A stretch of 63,770 nt of DNA, the filler included, from Stramenopiles sp. TOSAG23-2 (lineage: Eukaryota): the NCBI GenBank assembly GCA_900128395.1. It is 45 parts of 45 records of this genome, joined end to end, with 100 filler letters (N's around TTAATTAATTAA, not from the genome) between each part and the next. Parts side by side here need not be neighbours in the genome. Positions count along the whole stretch, not along the records: positions 61,052 to 62,361 come from LT653204.1; positions 62,462 to 63,770 come from LT653205.1; 43 more parts are not named here. One strand, written 5' to 3'. The notes below the pieces were generated by a model. The model was not told the DNA's origin. It worked only from the letters and a program-made list of their open reading frames with translations, and did no database searches. The translations under genes and the position numbers were made by a program. Every line of letters begins with the position of its first letter. The first letter of the stretch is position 1. Positions 61,276-63,770 of this stretch are shown piece after piece.

Positions 61276-61773
61276 AAATTGTACGTTCGTATTATATTTA
61301 AATGTACACATCATGTGTATATATTACAATTTAATACATTATATATATATATATGATATATGTACATAAAATGGCGCGTGTGTGTGTGTTTGTGTTGAAG
61401 GGAGAGAGATAGTGTGTGAGAGTGTGGTGTCAGATTGAGTAAGATGAATAGAAATATTATGATACACAAAATTTTATACAAAATCGAATACTTCTTCTCG
61501 TATTAGTATGATAATATTGTACTATTAATAATCACATACCGTAAGGTAAATATTACGAAGTATTATATATGATACGTACATGTTGATGAGAGTAGTAGGA
61601 AAGAAAGGTTTTATCATATTATTATGTGAGTAATGCCATAAATTAAAAAATATAATATTATAATATATATGATATATTATATGTATATGTGTTGTCGTAA
61701 ATTTTAAAAAAACATACTTTCGGTAAAAATATATTTTCTACGAACTCTTCGTAAATCTCATCAATTATTCAAA

Positions 61774-62361
61774 TTAAATTTCGCCCTTTTCTAGTTTCGT
61801 CTTTAATGCTATATTTTCATCTTTTAATTCTTTATTTTTTTGTACTGCTATTTGTAAATTCATAACTAATTGGGTTTTAAATTTTTCTAATTGCATTTTA
61901 AGCATTTCTTCATTTTCAAGTGAATCATTTAATTCATCTTGAATTTCACCCATTTGTTGAATGGTAACTTGATTGGCAAATTTCAATCGATTTATTGTAG
62001 CATCTTTTTCTTTTAATTCCAATTTTTTATCATTTAATTGATTTAGTAGAGTTGTATAATGTGAGCTTTCATTATTTTCGCCATCTTCAACGGTTGATGT
62101 TCCAATCGTATTATATATTGGTAATGCCTCAATACCTTTATCACTTGTTGTTATTGATGTAGATAGCTTTTTTATTTGTTGAAATTGAAAAACAGTTTGA
62201 ATTCCAATATCATTATTGTTTGTTAATATTTCATTGTTTTTCACTTTTTTTGCCCCTCCTTCTTCTTCTTCCAAATTTTCATCGAAATAAGTTTGTGTTT
62301 CAGTTGTTGTTGTTTTTTTCATTAAAAGTTCTTCATTCTTCTTCTTTTTATTATTATTAAA
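61774..62361 (-). CDS. coiled-coil protein, 3' part
   Basis: Heptad-rich open frame running to a stop. Confidence 0.6.
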   Translation of the reverse strand, partial: FNNNKKKKNEELLMKKTTTTETQTYFDENLEEEEGGAKKVKNNEILTNNNDIGIQTVFQFQQIKKLSTSITTSDKGIEALPIYNTIGTSTVEDGENNESSHYTTLLNQLNDKKLELKEKDATINRLKFANQVTIQQMGEIQDELNDSLENEEMLKMQLEKFKTQLVMNLQIAVQKNKELKDENIALKTKLEKGEI

Positions 62362-62504
62362 NNNNNNNNNNNNNNNNNNNNNNNNNNNNNNNNNNNNNNN
62401 NNNNNTTAATTAATTAANNNNNNNNNNNNNNNNNNNNNNNNNNNNNNNNNNNNNNNNNNNNTACGTACAATTCGTATTATACAAACACTGTGCCAAAAGT
62501 ATTT

Positions 62505-63770
62505 TCAAATTTCTTCGTATATCAAAACACTCGTTTCTGCTAATGCAACCAATTGTGGCATGATTGGAATTACACGTAAGTCTTCCATTTCATACCATTG
62601 TTTCTTCTCACCTTCATGTTGTACATGCACCTTGTAGTATCCAATGTTATGCCCGCCACTATCATCTTCACCAATTTTTACACCATCTGGAATCGTATGT
62701 ATAATGCTAGCAATTAAATTATATTTTTTTCCAAGAAAATGGAAATCTTTTAATGGAAATTNNNNNNNNNNNNNNNNNNNNNNNNNNNNNNNNNNNNNNN
62801 NNNNNNNNNNNNNNNNNNNNNNNNNNNNNNNNNNNNNNNNNNNNNNNNNNNNNNNNNNNNNNNNNNNNNNNNNCCAACGTGTTGTTTTTTTCAACAAAAA
62901 AATTATTTTTTGAAAATCGTTTGATATTTAATATTAAATATTTTGGCGCTTTTATTACATGATATGATTTTAAATGTACTGTTCCATTACTTAAATGGAT
63001 ATTTTCTGTATGTATATAATTGGTATTGTTTTCAGAAGATGACGATGTTGAATTCATTGAAGCATTATTATTTGTCAAGTTATATTTCACCAACAACGAT
63101 TTCAAAGTTACTTGTGTACGCATTCCTCGTTTACCATCCGCTAATAATGTTTCTTGTTTTGGAAGATCTAAGCTTAAGCGAAAAAATGGACTTGTCGTAT
63201 TGGAAACCATTTCATTTGTAGTTTTATCTCTTATTTTGACAATAATTTTTCCTTGGAAAGTATTTCTTATAATTTCATTTTTATTGCATTTTTTATATAA
63301 TTTGCGATCCTGATACGGTCTGTACAAATTCATGTGGATCTACAGAATTTTTCAATCTTCTAGGATTATACATACGCCTTAATAAGCTGCCAAAACTATT
63401 AACAATTGGATGATCGCATTTTTCATAATTTACTTCTTTCCCCTTCAAAAAAAATGTACGTATTGGTCTCACTCGGGAAATTGCTTGTACAATGACATTA
63501 ATATAATCCGTACGCTTTAAATTGTTTAAACCTATATATCCAGGGAGGTAAAATTTACCGTGCATATCCCTACATGGCACATCATTTTTTGGTAACTTTT
63601 CAATGTTAACGTCGTCAAAGCTTGGTTGTAATGCATATTGTATATCCTGTAAAGTTGTATCTTTAACTTCATAATTTTCTGGTAAACAATAAATTTTTGC
63701 AGTTTCTAAATTCATAAAAAGACAATGTTCACCTTCCACCGCGTGTATATATGCAGGTGACTGTTTGGAG
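62505..63770 (-). CDS. USP39: U4/U6.U5 tri-snRNP protein USP39/Sad1 (pseudo-deubiquitinase), frameshift near 63320 and internal gap
   Basis: FMNLET.KIYCLPENYEV, YLPGYIGLNNLKRTDYINV (Cys-to-Asp as in USP39), RFSKNNFFVEKN, WYEMEDLRV..IMPQ. Confidence 0.92.

Noticed and set aside
1330-62461. Regularly spaced TTAATTAATTAA palindromes resembling a repeat array
   Set aside because: Artificial N-padded linkers; ORF-track ends such as LIN come from them
63290-63335. Programmed frameshift in USP39
   Set aside because: No slippery site recognised; indel errors are common in these contigs

Overview
This window is not continuous DNA. It is 45 unrelated contigs of about 1.31-1.33 kb in decreasing size order, joined by 44 artificial 100-bp linkers (44 N + TTAATTAATTAA + 44 N), so neighbourhood across a linker means nothing. 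The host is an AT-rich eukaryote: GT-AG introns with GCTAAC branch points, poly-Asn tracts, and NEMF, USP39, GRASP, gamma-tubulin complex, THADA and PKD2-like genes. It is probably a heterotrophic stramenopile (mastigoneme-type EGF tail), and frequent inversion/duplication junctions suggest whole-genome-amplified material. Highlights: (1) an intron-containing thioredoxin/PDI-fold gene, missed by the ORF track, whose active site reads GGA-TGA-GGC-TGA-TGA (G-U-G-U-U, three selenocysteines, two consecutive) at 8569-9259; (2) Polinton-like virus (PLV) pieces: a double-jelly-roll-type major capsid gene (288-1329) and an adenine methyltransferase + AEP primase contig (38436-39752); (3) an 18-bp non-coding motif, ATTARYAGGYACAYAGCA, shared by the viral-type contig and four otherwise unrelated contigs; (4) a bacterial-type N6-adenine MTase domain with an NPDF motif downstream of a spliceosomal intron; (5) immune-like modules (TIR-ankyrin, kinase-KEN RNase, TRAF zinc-finger array). 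Family calls come from motif recognition by eye; no searches were run.
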